From contig NC_068982.1 in the NCBI RefSeq assembly GCF_001194135.2, forward strand, positions 180,337,659 through 180,387,051: DNA of 49,393 bases, given 5' to 3'. This DNA comes from Octopus bimaculoides (lineage: Eukaryota). Below, piece after piece: positions 12,114 to 24,712 of the stretch. The notes below the pieces were generated by a model that saw nothing but the letters and a program-made list of their open reading frames with translations, had not been told where the DNA came from and did not search any database. Both the position numbers and the translations under genes were made by a program. Each line of letters starts with the position of its first letter. Within the stretch, counting starts at the first letter, position 1.

Positions 12114-12944
12114 GTAAGAAACCAGTAAAGAAATGAATATAACCTGGGTGTGCTGCTGGCTGCACAGAAAATATTTGCAATGTTGACAACATAGTAAACG
12201 TATTGTTTAGAATCTAGTTAAAAATGCAGCACAAATGTTGTAGTCTCCCTGACCATGGGACATCATTGCTGCTACTAGTACTGTTGTTGTGGACGTTGTT
12301 TAACGTCAAGTTATCTTTAGACAAACCGAATTATAATTAAAATCATTCCAGTAATGACCATCACGCCAATTTCACAGAATATATTATCCAGTCTATTCTT
12401 ATTTTAAAGACTGTGTGATTTGAAGGAAAAATTGTTCGGTAGTTTTAACTGATCGAATGCTTACATAAAGCTCCTAGATGCTTTCCAGCCATGGCCATCT
12501 CAAAATTTTTGTAATTCTGGGACTGCATTGGTCAAAAGGTCTTTACCTTTTTGAGATGGTTGTTTGTGATATGAAGGAAATTTCACTGCTTTTTCTAGCA
12601 GGTCGAAAACCCACATATAAGTTCTATTTCTGGGACGGATCATAGGGAGTTCATATGATTTGAGCATATTTTGTTTGATGACAAAGTGAGTGTTGTTTGA
12701 TAGAATGTTTGCTAAGGACAGTTAGAGATTGCAAGATGATAGCTGTTAGAGACGTCTAGCAGCTAGAAGCTAGATGTTGTTTGCCAGTTGTTAACGTTTG
12801 GTACTTGTAATTTGGTTGTCGCTAGAGATTTCTAGGAAGTAGCCGCTAGTTAATAGCTGCTAGAGACATTTAGTCGTTAGTCGCTTGTTGCTAGATGATG
12901 GTTGCCCGAAATTGAATCCGTTGTAGTAACAGTAAAAAACAAAG

Positions 12945-13088
12945 AGAGAGAGGTAGAGGGAGAGAGAGAGAGAGATAGAGAGAGAGGTAGAAGAAGAAGA
13001 AGCAGAAGCAGAAGAAGAAGAAGAAGAAGAAGAAGAAGAAGAAGAAGAAGAAGAAGAAGAAGAAGAAGAAGAAGAAAAACGAGAGTGG

Positions 13089-13141
<53 letters not shown>

Positions 13142-13155
13142 GAGAGAAGGAGAAA
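12945..13155. repeat. Compound (GA)n/(GAA)n microsatellite
   Basis: Read directly. Confidence 0.95.
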
Positions 13156-13175
13156 GAGAAAATATGTTGTATTAG

Positions 13176-13253
13176 CTAGTGAATCTTTGCCAATCAGCTG
13201 GATATTCTTACAAGCAATTCTCAAGAATTATTGATTGGAAAACACAGACAGAA
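13176..13253 (+). CDS. Candidate exon (LVNLCQSAGYSYKQFSRIIDWKTQTE)
   Basis: tgttgtattag| acceptor, GAA|gtatga donor, 78 nt, phase 0-0. Confidence 0.22.
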
Positions 13254-14098
13254 GTATGACTAACAAGACTATCTCTCTACAGCAGAAATATATTAACTAA
13301 CATCATTGGTAAATTAGTGATATAATCATAATTATGTATGCAGATAAACGCCTTGAACCATCGCTAGATCATATATGAAACGCTGGTTTTCAAACAATGT
13401 GCCACAAGGTGTTTCTAAGTGCGTCGCCGATTTTTAAATATATATTTTAAAGCTTTAGAAATTTCATGCTTGTTCTTGAAAGACGTGTTAATATCTAATT
13501 TTCTTATATAAAACGATGAGCAATAGAATAAAGACGTTTTCTATATTTTTTCTGTAATTTTTTATTGCACAACGATTTTTAAAACTTTCCATGCAAAGGG
13601 CGCCTGGAATTTGTTTTCTTCTTCCGTATACTACAAAATCAAAAAGATTGAGACGCATTTTTTTTATTATCGACACAAAATGACGTATAAAATCGTATCT
13701 ATGTTTGTTTGCATCGTATGTTTGTGTATGTTTGTGTGGAACCTTAGAAATCACGGACTTAAAAAAGCAGATTCCTCCCATTTGGCAGTAAATGGAATCT
13801 TTTAGTTGCTGGAGGTTATGTGGGTACGTGATTGTTTCTGTGAGCAATGCTAGAGGTGATATTATCTAGCTTCTGTAGCTAGCTTTGATGTTACTGGCAT
13901 TAAAGAGTTTATGTCCCCAATGGGTTCTTGGTAAATGCTTTTTAATTAGCGAGAGCTAGAAGTTGCATCAGTACAAACATTTAAATTGGATTGTGGATTA
14001 CCCTAGAATACATCTTCCTTTCTATCTCTCTGTAGGTTTTGGAGTGAGAGTAGAAGCTCTCAATACAACTCAATTAACTGTAACGCCGATCCTCTAGG

Positions 14099-14100
14099 TA

Positions 14101-14154
<54 letters not shown>

Positions 14155-14355
14155 CTATCTTTCTATCTATCTATCTATCTATCAGTCTGTCTGTCTGTCT
14201 GTCAGTCCGTCCGTCCGTCCGTCCGTCCGTCCGTCCGTCTCTATCTGTGTGTGTGTGTGTGTGTCTGTCTGTCTGTTTGTCTGTCTGTTTGTCTGTCTGT
14301 TTGTCTGTCTGTCCGTCTGTCCGTCTGTTTGTCTGTCTGTCTGTCTGTCTGTTTG

Positions 14356-14404
<49 letters not shown>
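14099..14404. repeat. Compound tetranucleotide microsatellite (ATCT/GTCT/GTCC/GTTT)
   Basis: Read directly. Confidence 0.95.
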
Positions 14405-14405
<1 letters not shown>

Positions 14406-14590
14406 ACACCAACACTGGTCGTCAAGTGGTGGCAAGGGAAAACACAAAACCAAAGTTACACTCACACACAAGTATATACATATATGTATACAATGGGCTT
14501 CATTCAGTTTCCGTCCACCAAATCCACTCAAGGTTCCACGCAGTGGGACTGAACCCAAAACCATGTGGATAGGGAGCAAGACTCTTATAA
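14405..14590 (-). mobile_element. tRNA-derived SINE, partial, same family as 34134-34535
   Basis: Reverse complement of CCACATGG..GGGTTCAGTCCCACTGCG and GGATTTGGT.GACGGAAACTGAA.GAAGCCC. Confidence 0.8.
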
Positions 14591-14896
14591 ATATATATAT
14601 ATGTGAACTTGAGTTGTACTTGGTACTACTGCTCATAAAGCGAAAATAATGCAGTACAGAGGATTCGTAGAGTAAATGATTTATTTAGATAATCCTATCG
14701 CTTGATGTTTCACACGTCTCGTTTCATTCCGGTTGTGAACCTTCGAATTGATAAAACAACGGAGAAATGGATAACTGCGCAGTGTTCGTAGGTAGTATGA
14801 AGTGGATAGAAGGTCCCTTCTAACTGCAATGCTGTGGTGTTGCTTTAGTTTTAGCTTCACTGGGTTTGGTTTAATGCATATTGCTTTTATCCATAG

Positions 14897-14954
14897 TATG
14901 GAGAACTTGAATCTAAAATCATGTTATTTGGTTACGGATTGCGTGAATGTCAAG
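14897..14954 (+). CDS. Candidate exon (YGELESKIMLFGYGLRECQ)
   Basis: gcttttatccatag| acceptor, CAAG|gtttgt donor, 58 nt, phase 0 to 1. Confidence 0.28.
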
Positions 14955-15538
14955 GTTTGTACTAAATACGTAGAAGATTGTGTAGAGTTATGTATATATG
15001 TTTATCTTTTGTGTTTTTACTGGTGAGGCATATCTCTGGCAAATCAGCAGGAAATTCTAAATGAGATACGTCTAAAATAATTTCTTCAGAGCATGGTCAG
15101 AATGTATGTTAATGCAAGTGTGCGTATATGTATGGATGTGCATATTCATGTACATTTTTGTGTGTATGAGTGCGCTATGTACTTATGGAATGTGAAATTT
15201 GAATAATCGGAATTATTTTGCATGGGTAAAAAGAATAATAGGAAAGAAAACTGGAATTTATTTTCTAATGGTGGTTAAATAGTGTAAGTTGCAATATGTA
15301 TGTAAGTATGTATGTGTATATGTATATATATATATATNNNNNNNNNNNNNNNNNNNNNNNNNNNNNNNNNNNNNNNNNNNNNNNNNNNNNNNNNNNNNNN
15401 NNNNNNNNNNNNNNNATATATAAAAGATAATAGGAGTGAAAAAACTACAGAAGGCTTGTGTTACATGGTTAAAGTATATATTTAAATTATGTCAGAAAAA
15501 TGTTATAAAATTTTTTTGGTATATAAACATTGTATTTG

Positions 15539-15577
15539 GAGAAATAACCGGTTTCGTGTTGTCTTTTCAAATTTCTC
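15539..15577 (-). ncRNA. Decayed minimal hammerhead ribozyme
   Basis: GAGAAAT, TTGAAAA, GACAACAC, GAAA, CCGG, TT, ATTTCTC: 7-bp stem I, palindromic CCGG, two transitions in CUGANGA. Confidence 0.6.
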
Positions 15578-15896
15578 TACTTCATTGTAACATTTGTTCG
15601 CTTCCGTCTGAAAAGAAGAGTTCTAGATAAGGGGAGGTAATTAGGAATTTCTTCCGGTATAAGGGAGATAATCGAAATGCAGGAGGTGGTATATATATAT
15701 ATATATATACACATATATATATATATATACATATATACATATATATATACATACATATATATCATAACACGAAGTGAGGAATTTCGATTATCCCCACGTT
15801 GTGAGTTATAATGCAAAAAAATATAAAATAAACGAAGGAAAATACACACGTTTTACATAGTTTTAATATATTATGCAATATATTTCATATTGTGTT

Positions 15897-15929
15897 TGTC
15901 GACCGGTTTTGCTTTCGCTAATCATGACA
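15897..15929 (-). ncRNA. Decayed minimal hammerhead ribozyme in the Penelope 3' UTR
   Basis: TGTC, ATGATTA, GC GAAA GC, AAAA, CCGG, TC, GACA. Stems intact; 3 core substitutions relative to CTGATGA/GAAA. Confidence 0.7.
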
Positions 15930-16369
15930 TTGAAATTTCGTATTTTCTCAAGAAAATCTTAGTTCATGTTGTGTGTGGAGAAGTTTATGAATGAGTGATT
16001 CAACAAGTAGAAACATCTAAGGGGAAGTGATAGGTGATCGTTATTATTGGGGACAGGGGAGGTAATTTCGGGGAGGAGATAACTATACAAAAACTCAAAT
16101 GCTGAGTAGTAAGAATAAATATGTACAGTGATGTGTATGTGATCAGGAATTAAAATATATACTGAGATCAAAGGTGGTTATGTGTTCATATTTAGACGTG
16201 TTCTGTATTTTTCGATGAACACGTTTTCTTTACATAAACGTTCTTGTATAGAAATTGTTTCTTTGCACTGGTACATGGGTAAAAGTGCGAAGTTTAGTTG
16301 AATATTACCTGTACATCTCTCTATGTGTTCACTCAAAGGAATCTGCCGGTATTGCGAGAACCGGATCTG

Positions 16370-16570
16370 TTCCTTATGTAGTGTGATTATCTGTCTCTGT
16401 ATATCCTACATAGTTATGTCCACAACATGAGCAAGTTATAACATAAATTACATTCTGCAAAGCACAAGTGAAGTTGGCTGCAATTATGAACCTCTCTTCT
16501 TGTTTGAATAGGAATTCGGAACCTTCCAGTAGGTTGGGGGATATTCCACAATTTGGGTGACCACATTTTT
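16370..16570 (-). pseudogene. GIY-YIG endonuclease domain of the Penelope-like element
   Basis: KCGHPNCG...FIIAANFTCALQNVIYVITCSCCGHNYVGYT. Confidence 0.85.
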
Positions 16571-17529
16571 TAACCGATGTTTTTGTGATTGTTGTGTAAA
16601 GCGTCGCATTTGTTAGCGTCGCATTTTTTAGCGATTTGTGTTGCTTATTGCATTTGATGGTGTTGAATGGTGTTCATTGTTGGATCTCTAGTGAGTATAG
16701 GTAGATTTTGCACAATAGTGTTGTATACCTCCTTCTTCTAAGGTTGTGAGTTGATATGTAGTTTTGAAATGAGATGTGTTGTTACGCTTTGTTCCCCTTA
16801 GTGTTTTAATGTTTAATTTCTTAGCACGCTAAATTCCCTCATCTAATAGCGATGGTGGATATTGTCTTTCAGTTGGTGTTGTTCTGAGGTCTTGAAGATG
16901 AGGGTCCCTAGTATTTCTATCAGACACTATTATGCAAGTCCTTTTCGCTAAATTAAAGGGGATGTTTCTTTCGATGTAGTTCGGGTGGCATGAGCTAAAA
17001 AAAGAGCTATTGCTTCGAGTCCGTTGGTTTAAGTTAGATGTCAGTTATAATTTGGTTGTTGAGCTTTTTTTATCATAATATTCAAGATAGGGAGCTGTTT
17101 TCTGCAAAATTCCGAAATATTGTCGTTAATTTCATTCTGGTTCGATCTTCGTGGGGTTGGGGTAAATTTTAATCCTTTAGCTAGTATACTGATTTTTGCT
17201 ACTGAGAGAGTTTTCTTTGATAAATTTATTACTTTGGGCGTCTTCCGTATGTTTTGTTCCAATGTTCGGATTCTGCCTGAAAGAAATCCTCCAAATATTA
17301 ATTCATGATTCGCCACAATTACTCAATAAACAGCACGAAGCATTCTCTACGTGTAAAAATAAGTTCTGTCGTATCTTTAGATGCTTCCATGGGTCCAAGT
17401 GCATCAAAATCAACACACATAACACTTGCCTATATACATCCACGGTCGTTACAATATACGTACGTTTTTTCCTCTTTCATCTTTCTGCAAAAGTATCTTA
17501 GAAGCTAGCTAGCTGCAATAATCTTTTTT

Positions 17530-18470
17530 AATTTTTAATCTATAATCTTTTAAATTTTTAACATTTAATTTTTAATTCTTTATTTTAAAAATATTCAATT
17601 GTATTCTTAATCCTATATATATACTCTCTTAAGTTAGGCATCTATTTTTAGCTATCCTTACTGACCATTGGTCTAAATATTCTTTCTGTCCACGCCGAAC
17701 CTAGAATTCAGCTATTTTATTCATAGTCTTAAATGCCTTCCTCCTCCACTTTACCAAAACATGAATGCCCGGCTTCTCAAGCCAATCCGATCCTAATGAA
17801 AAATAATACCGGTATCTCATCTTTATCTTTATTTTTCATATTTTTATTTCGATTGTATTTTACTTTCGCTCTCATTCATTATTTCCCACACCTATCCCTC
17901 TCCTTTCTTTTCTCTCTTTCTCCTCTCTCTTCTTTTCACTCACTCACAACACATATCTGTCTATTATGATGTCTTTTTTTCTTACTCTATATGTCCATGT
18001 CGACCGTTTTCATTCCAGCTAACTACTTGATCTATTGCTTCAACATGAATGCAACATTCAGAATACCGACAAAATAATGCCTGGGTTTACCTGGGATTAT
18101 ACCTAAAGACCTATGCATTCACGGAAATAGGGACCAAACTCACTACCCTCTGGAAGAAGATGAGTTTTGAACTTTGGTCTCTTGTCTATATTTTTCTATT
18201 TTCTGTTTTACTCTTTATTCTTGTATCTACTATTTTATTTCTTTATAAACTGTGAATTCCCTCTCTAGAACTTTCCTATATCTTCACATTGTCTCTGATG
18301 GCGGAATAACCAGTGTATGGAGATGCTAAACTATTACTTGAGATATCCCACAAACAACTGTAAGACATCTAATAATCAATTAATTACCTCAAATTCACCT
18401 TATTCTAATTACATATTCTAAATGACTTGAGATACTCGTCCTGCCTTGGCTTTTGTTGTCCTTTTCCCTC
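17530..18470 (+). mobile_element. Hammerhead-terminated repeat, family A copy 1 (5' boundary approximate)
   Basis: Pyrimidine-rich body, hammerhead at 18290-18367, and a 3' motif (18420-18460) similar to copy 2. Confidence 0.5.
18290..18367 (+). ncRNA. Decayed hammerhead ribozyme (family A)
   Basis: TGTCT, CTGATGG, CGGAATA...TATCCCA, CAAA, CAACTG, TA, AGACA: perfect 5-bp stem I; single changes in the core, GAAA and the CAGCTG palindrome. Confidence 0.7.
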
Positions 18471-18659
18471 TAATATATATCTATATATGTCTGTGTGTGT
18501 GTGCTTGCGCAGGTGTGTATGCATGTGTATACACATAACTGCTTTGTGAGTGATAGATGCAAAGTTTGAATCCTGCTTCATCAGAGATGCTCAAAATAAA
18601 TTGTAGATGGTGGCATTTAATGATGCTCATTCAAGGCAATAACACCACTCCTTATTTAA

Positions 18660-18846
18660 CAATGATTTCAAATTTTGGTACAAGGCCAGCAGTCTCGGGA
18701 CAGGAGCAAGTCGATTACATCGACTCGGGAAAGATGAATGGCAAAGTCAAATTCAGTGGAATTTGAACTTACGACAATCCAAAGACGAACGAAATAATTC
18801 TAAGCATTTTTACCGGTGTCCTAAGGATTCTGCCAGCTCGCTCCTT
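18660..18846 (-). mobile_element. tRNA-derived SINE (family of 29556-29770)
   Basis: Reverse complement of GAGCTGGCAGAATC...GTTCAAATTCC...GACTTTGCC.TTCATC. Confidence 0.8.
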
Positions 18847-18939
18847 ATTTAATATAAACGACAATCTTCCTAGTTTGTTCCCTAAGAACCTGCCAAAGTA
18901 GTTTTAACAAGTTTGGTGTGTAACCATTGAGACCTTAGC

Positions 18940-19730
18940 ATAAGGCGGTGCTTCTCAAGATGGAGGAGGAAGGGGCGATTGCATTTGGAAGAGGCCAATG
19001 TGCCATGTTGAACAAAATGAAGATTTCCAACTCTTCAAAATTTTTTGACACCATAGTGACGAAAGAACATTTTATATGAATACAAACTCGGCTCTTTTAG
19101 TAGGGAAAGAGGATGAGCAAAAATACCAAAGTCTTTGCTGTTCGCGAACGGTACTGAGAACTACTGAGGTAGACTATACAAACTAGTTGCTTTGTCCTTC
19201 GTACAACCATACGCCTCTGACAGAATCTCAGCACCTGTTATAATTTTTTCGCTATGCTTTCCCTTTACTGTTCCTAAATGATTAGACAAAGTAATACAGG
19301 AAAACGGCACACATTTTTCTAGAATCGTTTTACACGCGACCGTTGTGGGAGGTCACATCCTAATTGCGAATTTGTTACTCGTCAATTCTTTGCCAAGAGG
19401 TATCCTCGAACTTTTCATATTCTTTCCAATGTGAACCAAGGCAGAGGACTTCGAGTGAAAAAAGTGGTGAAAGGCAATTTTCACAGCTTGCATGCTGGTT
19501 GCGGAAACATTTTTAGACACGACTTCTACTTTGCTCACTAGCTCTTCCCTTGACTAATTTTCTAAGATTCGATTTTTGCTAATGTAAATCTTATCGATTC
19601 TATTATAATCGCCTTTTCTAAGCGTACATCATGATCTAATTCACTAATCCGTTTAACGTAAGCTTTCAGCGCCATAAACGATGCATTCGGTTTCCAGTGT
19701 CTGGGCCCCTGCCCATACAGTTTATTTAGG
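18940..19730 (+). mobile_element. Possible highly decayed Charlie/Buster-type hAT remnant
   Basis: hAT-like end (GGTGCTTCTCAA...GGGGCGATT). Fragments DEQKYQSLCCSRTVL and VSSVWAPA loosely resemble the BED finger and CTDGAPAM. Confidence 0.3.
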
Positions 19731-19761
19731 TGGTCTAAAAAAAAAAATATAAAAAGAAATA

Positions 19762-19976
19762 ATGGTTTCAAATGTTGGCACAAGACAGGCTACTTCCGGA
19801 GAGGGGTAAGTCGATTATAAGGACCTCAGTGCTCAACTGATACTTTTTTTTATCGACCCTGAAAGGATGAAAAGCAAATTCAACCTCGGTGGAATTTAAA
19901 TTCACAACGTAAAAGCGGATGAGAAGCCGTTAATACTTTTGTTCAGTACTCTAACTTTCCTGCCAGATCGCCGCCC
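19762..19976 (-). mobile_element. tRNA-derived SINE
   Basis: Near-complete reverse copy of the 29556 family. Confidence 0.85.
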
Positions 19977-19999
19977 GAATAAACATTGCAAATGTTTCA

Positions 20000-20160
20000 C
20001 CATGCCAAGAAGGAAAAGACAATTATCTCGTCCCTAGTACTTTATTCTAGTGATCTCGAAAGTATGAAAGTCAAAGATGTCTAGGGCGGAATTTGAACTT
20101 AGTACAGAAAGAGTAAGAAGAAATTTCGGAAAGCATTTTGTTCGATGTTCTAAGAAGTCT
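20000..20160 (-). mobile_element. SINE, partial
   Basis: ...GATGTCTAGGGCGGAATTTGAACT...AAGCATTTTG matches the same family. Confidence 0.65.
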
Positions 20161-20399
20161 CTCAACTCACAACATTACTAATATGCTACACCATTCATAG
20201 ACTGAGATCTCTAAGCTATGTTTTTTTGTTACTTCAATAGAAGAATACTTGAAAAAATTTTGTCTTGACAGAGACAATGCAATTATGTGTAAAATAAAAT
20301 AAAATATATGTACTGTTTTATCTTTTTTATTTGAAGTTTTCCATCTCAATATCTTTTTGTTTTCTTTTTCTTTTTTATATTCTCTTTCTCTTTCCTCGT

Positions 20400-21300
20400 T
20401 TTATTACTGTCTTCTCAATCCATTTCTATTCGGATTTCTTTCGGCATTGCATGCTGTCAGGAAGTGTTATCCCAGAACCGTGATTGTTCTGACAGTCGGA
20501 AATACAGTCTTGACCTAAGATTATTGGTTAATCTCTGACACAGTTTCTATTGTACTCTATAAGTCTAACTGTCTACACTTTTGCAACATTCAATTGAAAT
20601 CTTGAACAGCACCTGTGTCGACATCAACGCAGTAAGTCTCTTCTGCTTCACTATACATTTTAGTTCTCGTTATCAGCTGGAGATTTCTATTCAGCATACC
20701 CTGTATTTTATGTCGAAATGATAAATACTGACTGTAGAGAAATCAAGAGATTTATACAGATTAAGTTGGAAGATTGAGCAAACTTTCGAATTCTAACAGG
20801 AATCATGAATCTATAATTCAGAGTTCAGCATTATAAGCAAATTTAGCTCTGGAGATAATTGTAAACTTGATGATTTAGCAATTCAGTAAATCAGTAATTT
20901 GAATACATATCTTGATTCTATGTGTGCTTAATTTCAGCCAGAATCTGCTTGCTTAATTTGACAGATGTCGCTGCCTGGATTATATTTCTGATGTACAAGT
21001 ACAGCCAGTGCGGGGCCGTATTTATCGGATAGTTACACTTATACGCCGCTCAGAACTGCTGATACCTCTCCTTGGAGAACTTCAGCAGAAGCAATAGTGT
21101 TGCACATAACTTCGGCAGTGTCTTCGACTTAGCATTTTCATATAGCTTCCTTAGCTAATTTGTCCAAATATGGGCTCTGTTCGTTTCTCATTTGTACACA
21201 GGTCGCTCCGCTTTTAATGAATGTTAGAAAGGACTCAGCCTTATAGCCATTATCACTCCATTAGCTCTTGATTACTACATCCCTTTCTGGTGTAGATTAA
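20400..21300 (-). pseudogene. Decayed hAT transposase C-terminal half
   Basis: With frameshifts: KTVFPTVRTI...GITLP(V)TACNAER...LRR, the hAT dimerisation motif TLPVT.C.AERSFS.LRR. Confidence 0.5.
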
Positions 21301-24300
21301 AGAGACACATGTTACCAATTCTAAATCCGATATAAAAATTACTATAGTTCACTTATTCTTAACATTTTACATACAAATGTCATATATATACTATTTATAT
21401 CAAAATATTTATTTAAATTACTGTTATATTGAATTCCTATATCACTAAGGAAGTTTATAATTTTCTCCAGTGCTAAACGTTTCTCTAATGCTGGTATCTG
21501 AATAAGAGATTCGTGATTTCTGTTAGAACATCAATGTTTGCTCATTCTTCCTATCAAACCTGCACAGCCTCCATTAACAGAAATTGAATAAACATCTTTC
21601 AACAGGGACCATAGTAATATAATAACTTTCAATAGTACAAACACATAAGCTACAGACATTTAGACATTTCAGGAAAACAATATTTAGTATGCAGACTGAA
21701 CACAAGAACAGCACACAATTAGCATTCAGGAAGTCGATACAAATATTTGATTTCACCATTTCTAAGGATATTTCATAGCAACTTCATAAATATATTGGTA
21801 AAAGTATATAACAAAACGGGATTTCTCTTCAGAGCCACTGAATATTCTCTTATCTTAATTATTTGCTAATATTTTACGAAATATAAGTACGGTCTGCATT
21901 GTGGATACCTCTCCCGGAATAATGTTTCTACTGTACATATGCAAATATTTCATAATGTAGGGAAAAGAATCTAATTCAATCATTTGGGCGGCAAAAATCA
22001 TTGAGTGGGTAAGGAAGTTTTATTCATAATTATGTGGTTTCGGGTTCAATGGCACATAATAAACAACATTTTCGGCAGCTGTCTTGGTATTGAAGGCTTT
22101 ATCAGCAAATGGTACTTGTTCACACTATACTGAAACGTTAAATTTCATGACAAAGTAGTTCTCCATAGCCGGAGAAGTCGAGCTGAATCCATAGAATGGT
22201 CACGACGTTTAACAGAATCCTAACAAATATAGACGTCTTCTGTTATAGTTCTATTTAAAATTAGATATTTTCAAAAAATCAATGTATTGTTGATAACATT
22301 ATTCTATAAATAAGAGTCGTATGGTGAGAAACTGCAGCAGTAATAAACTTTGTGCCAATGTATAGTTAACTGCGGAAACTAGACAAGGGTAGTAAGGTCA
22401 GCCCTCAAGAAAGTGTACATTATTATTATTGTCTGTATTTGATTACTTGTGTCTTTAGTGTGACTTAAAATTATTGTAACAATAACCAAAACATACGCAT
22501 GTTCTTTTTCCACAGTATAAAAAAAATGCATGCACCTACATACTTTGATACACATATGTGCATGGATACACACAAATGCATATGTGCATGTATGTATCTC
22601 TCTATCTCTCACTCTTTCTCTCTCTTTCCCTCTATCTTTATAAATATATATGTTGAAAGATTTCTCTCTACACGAAATCATCCCTTGGCTTGTTGACCCA
22701 CAAATAAAGAATATTACCGTATATATATATATATNNNNNNNNNNNNNNNNNNNNNNNNNNNNNNNNNNNNNNNNNNNNNNNNNNNNNNNNNNNNNNNNNN
22801 NNNNNNNNNNNNNNNNNNNNNNNNNNNNNNNNNNNNNNNNNNNNNNNNNNNNNNNNNNNNNNNNNNNNNNNNNNNNNNNNNNNNNNNNNNNNNNNNNNNN
22901 NNNNNNNNNNNNNNNNNNNNNNNNNNNNNNTATATATATCTGTGTGTGTGTCTATATACATTTATGCGCGCATAAGCACAATTGTCTATATACGCATACA
23001 CATATAGAAATGTTTAACAATAATACCGATAATCCTAGCCTTATACTGATTGATATTTAGATTGGAGGAAAACTCCAGCTGACGCTATTTATATTTAGGG
23101 ATGCAATCATTACTGTTTACTACAAGAGAGATAGCAAGTTTGTTAAAAGTTATGTAGAGTGTCTGCCATCGGCAGATGAATTATCTGACTTTCAGAATAT
23201 TTCAGATCTCACACATGAATTAATGATATTATCTCCGTTGTTCCACAACCGCAACAGATATGTCATGAACAGAGAACCAACCTCTTTGTATCTCTTTCTT
23301 TGATTTAACGAAGGCACGCAATACTAAATTGAAAATCTCAGTAATGACTTCATTTGCATCACAACCTCACGGAGAAATCTTTTTAAAAACCGTTTGTTCC
23401 AATCCCGTAATAATTAGGCATTTTTACTAACGAGTTACTAATTACAATTATAAATTACTTATTATTTCGTACAACTAAATGAGATAATTTGATATGATAT
23501 ATTATTTCATATAAAACTGAATATGATTGGTTGTTGCCGTTTAACCCAAGGCTACTCTTGATTAAGCAGAGGTACGATCAAATGTTTCTAGATGTGACCC
23601 TATGGTAAGCGTGCAGTAGATATCAAGACTATGCAGAGACTGTCGAGTTTGACTAGATGCATTACCATATATAGTCATATTTTTATTTTCCCCCAGTGGA
23701 TAAAGCTTTTAGAGATATCTAACAGTGAAGTGTTTTACCTCAACTGTTTAAACATCAAGTCTGGAGCATGACAATACACTAAAAACAACAACATCACACC
23801 AGCAACAATATCTATAGGCATACAGACCAATGCAATCTATATTAAGTTATTTTGCGGATAGAATACAGGAACACTGAGTCACGCATACACAGTACCTAAC
23901 GCCAGATAATACGTGTTTATAGTCTCGTACAAATATACGATCCCAACGTTTCATTTGAAGGTTAAATTCAATACTCGCTCTGAAAAAGATCCTTTGAGTG
24001 ATTCACAAAATGAGATTCATTGAAACATCCATTAAACACTGGCTTGACCATCTACAGATACAAGTCAAACTTTTCTCTGATCACAGTTCAATGAGAAAAA
24101 TGTGATGATAATGAATATTATTAATTAAGGTTGACCTGTATCTAAACAATAAAACTAACAAACAATATATATTACTTAGCAATTATAACTGGGAATATTG
24201 TTTCTGACATCGGTATATGAAAGTAGAACTGACATCTAATACTGAATTTAATATTAAAAATTGCTATATGAATGCAGCAGAAACAATAGCTAGGTATTTC

Positions 24301-24435
24301 TACCCGAAAACATGTCATATATATAGCTATTTACTTACATATATATATATATATATATACGCATTCATGTATGTACGTGTTTGTAATGTGAGCGTCGGCA
24401 TTCAGTGTTATAGCAAGGGAGACATTAATACATAC

Positions 24436-24484
<49 letters not shown>

Positions 24485-24712
24485 GCTGGTCGTAGATCAA
24501 TTGATGCATAGCTACATGGATAGAGACACCGATAAACATACAGATACACGCGCACGCTCATATTCACACTCTCACACACATATGTTAATTTCAGACAAAC
24601 CATTGGTACTCGAATACATTTCAGCAAGCAACAACTCTTTGCTGGACATGACAAGATTGCTCCAACATTCCTATTAATTTAGACATGGCATCGCCAAATA
24701 CCTAATTGTATA

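Larger units (their letters stand above)
15770..17500 (-). mobile_element. Penelope-like retroelement, internally deleted (RT core missing), GIY-YIG retained
   Basis: KVINLSKKTLS...LAKGLKFTPTP N-terminus fused to QLPILNIMIKK, then KPTDSKQ.LFFSSCHP...IPFNLAKR (RT thumb) and the GIY-YIG segment; hammerhead relic in the 3' UTR. Confidence 0.85.

Noticed and set aside
14712-14752. GGAAT-GAAA-CGAG-AC motif with a small hairpin (minus)
   Set aside because: Three mismatches in CUGANGA and no stem I.
17996-18046. Hammerhead-like CATGT-TGAAGC...GGAAT-GAAA-ACGG-TC-GACATG (minus)
   Set aside because: Core needs a 2-nt deletion plus substitutions and stem II is not formed; kept only as a weak relic.
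19562-19734. Minus-strand exon after a strong poly-T/AG acceptor (DHLNKLYGQGPRHWKP...)
   Set aside because: No convincing donor, and it overlaps a probable hAT remnant on the other strand.
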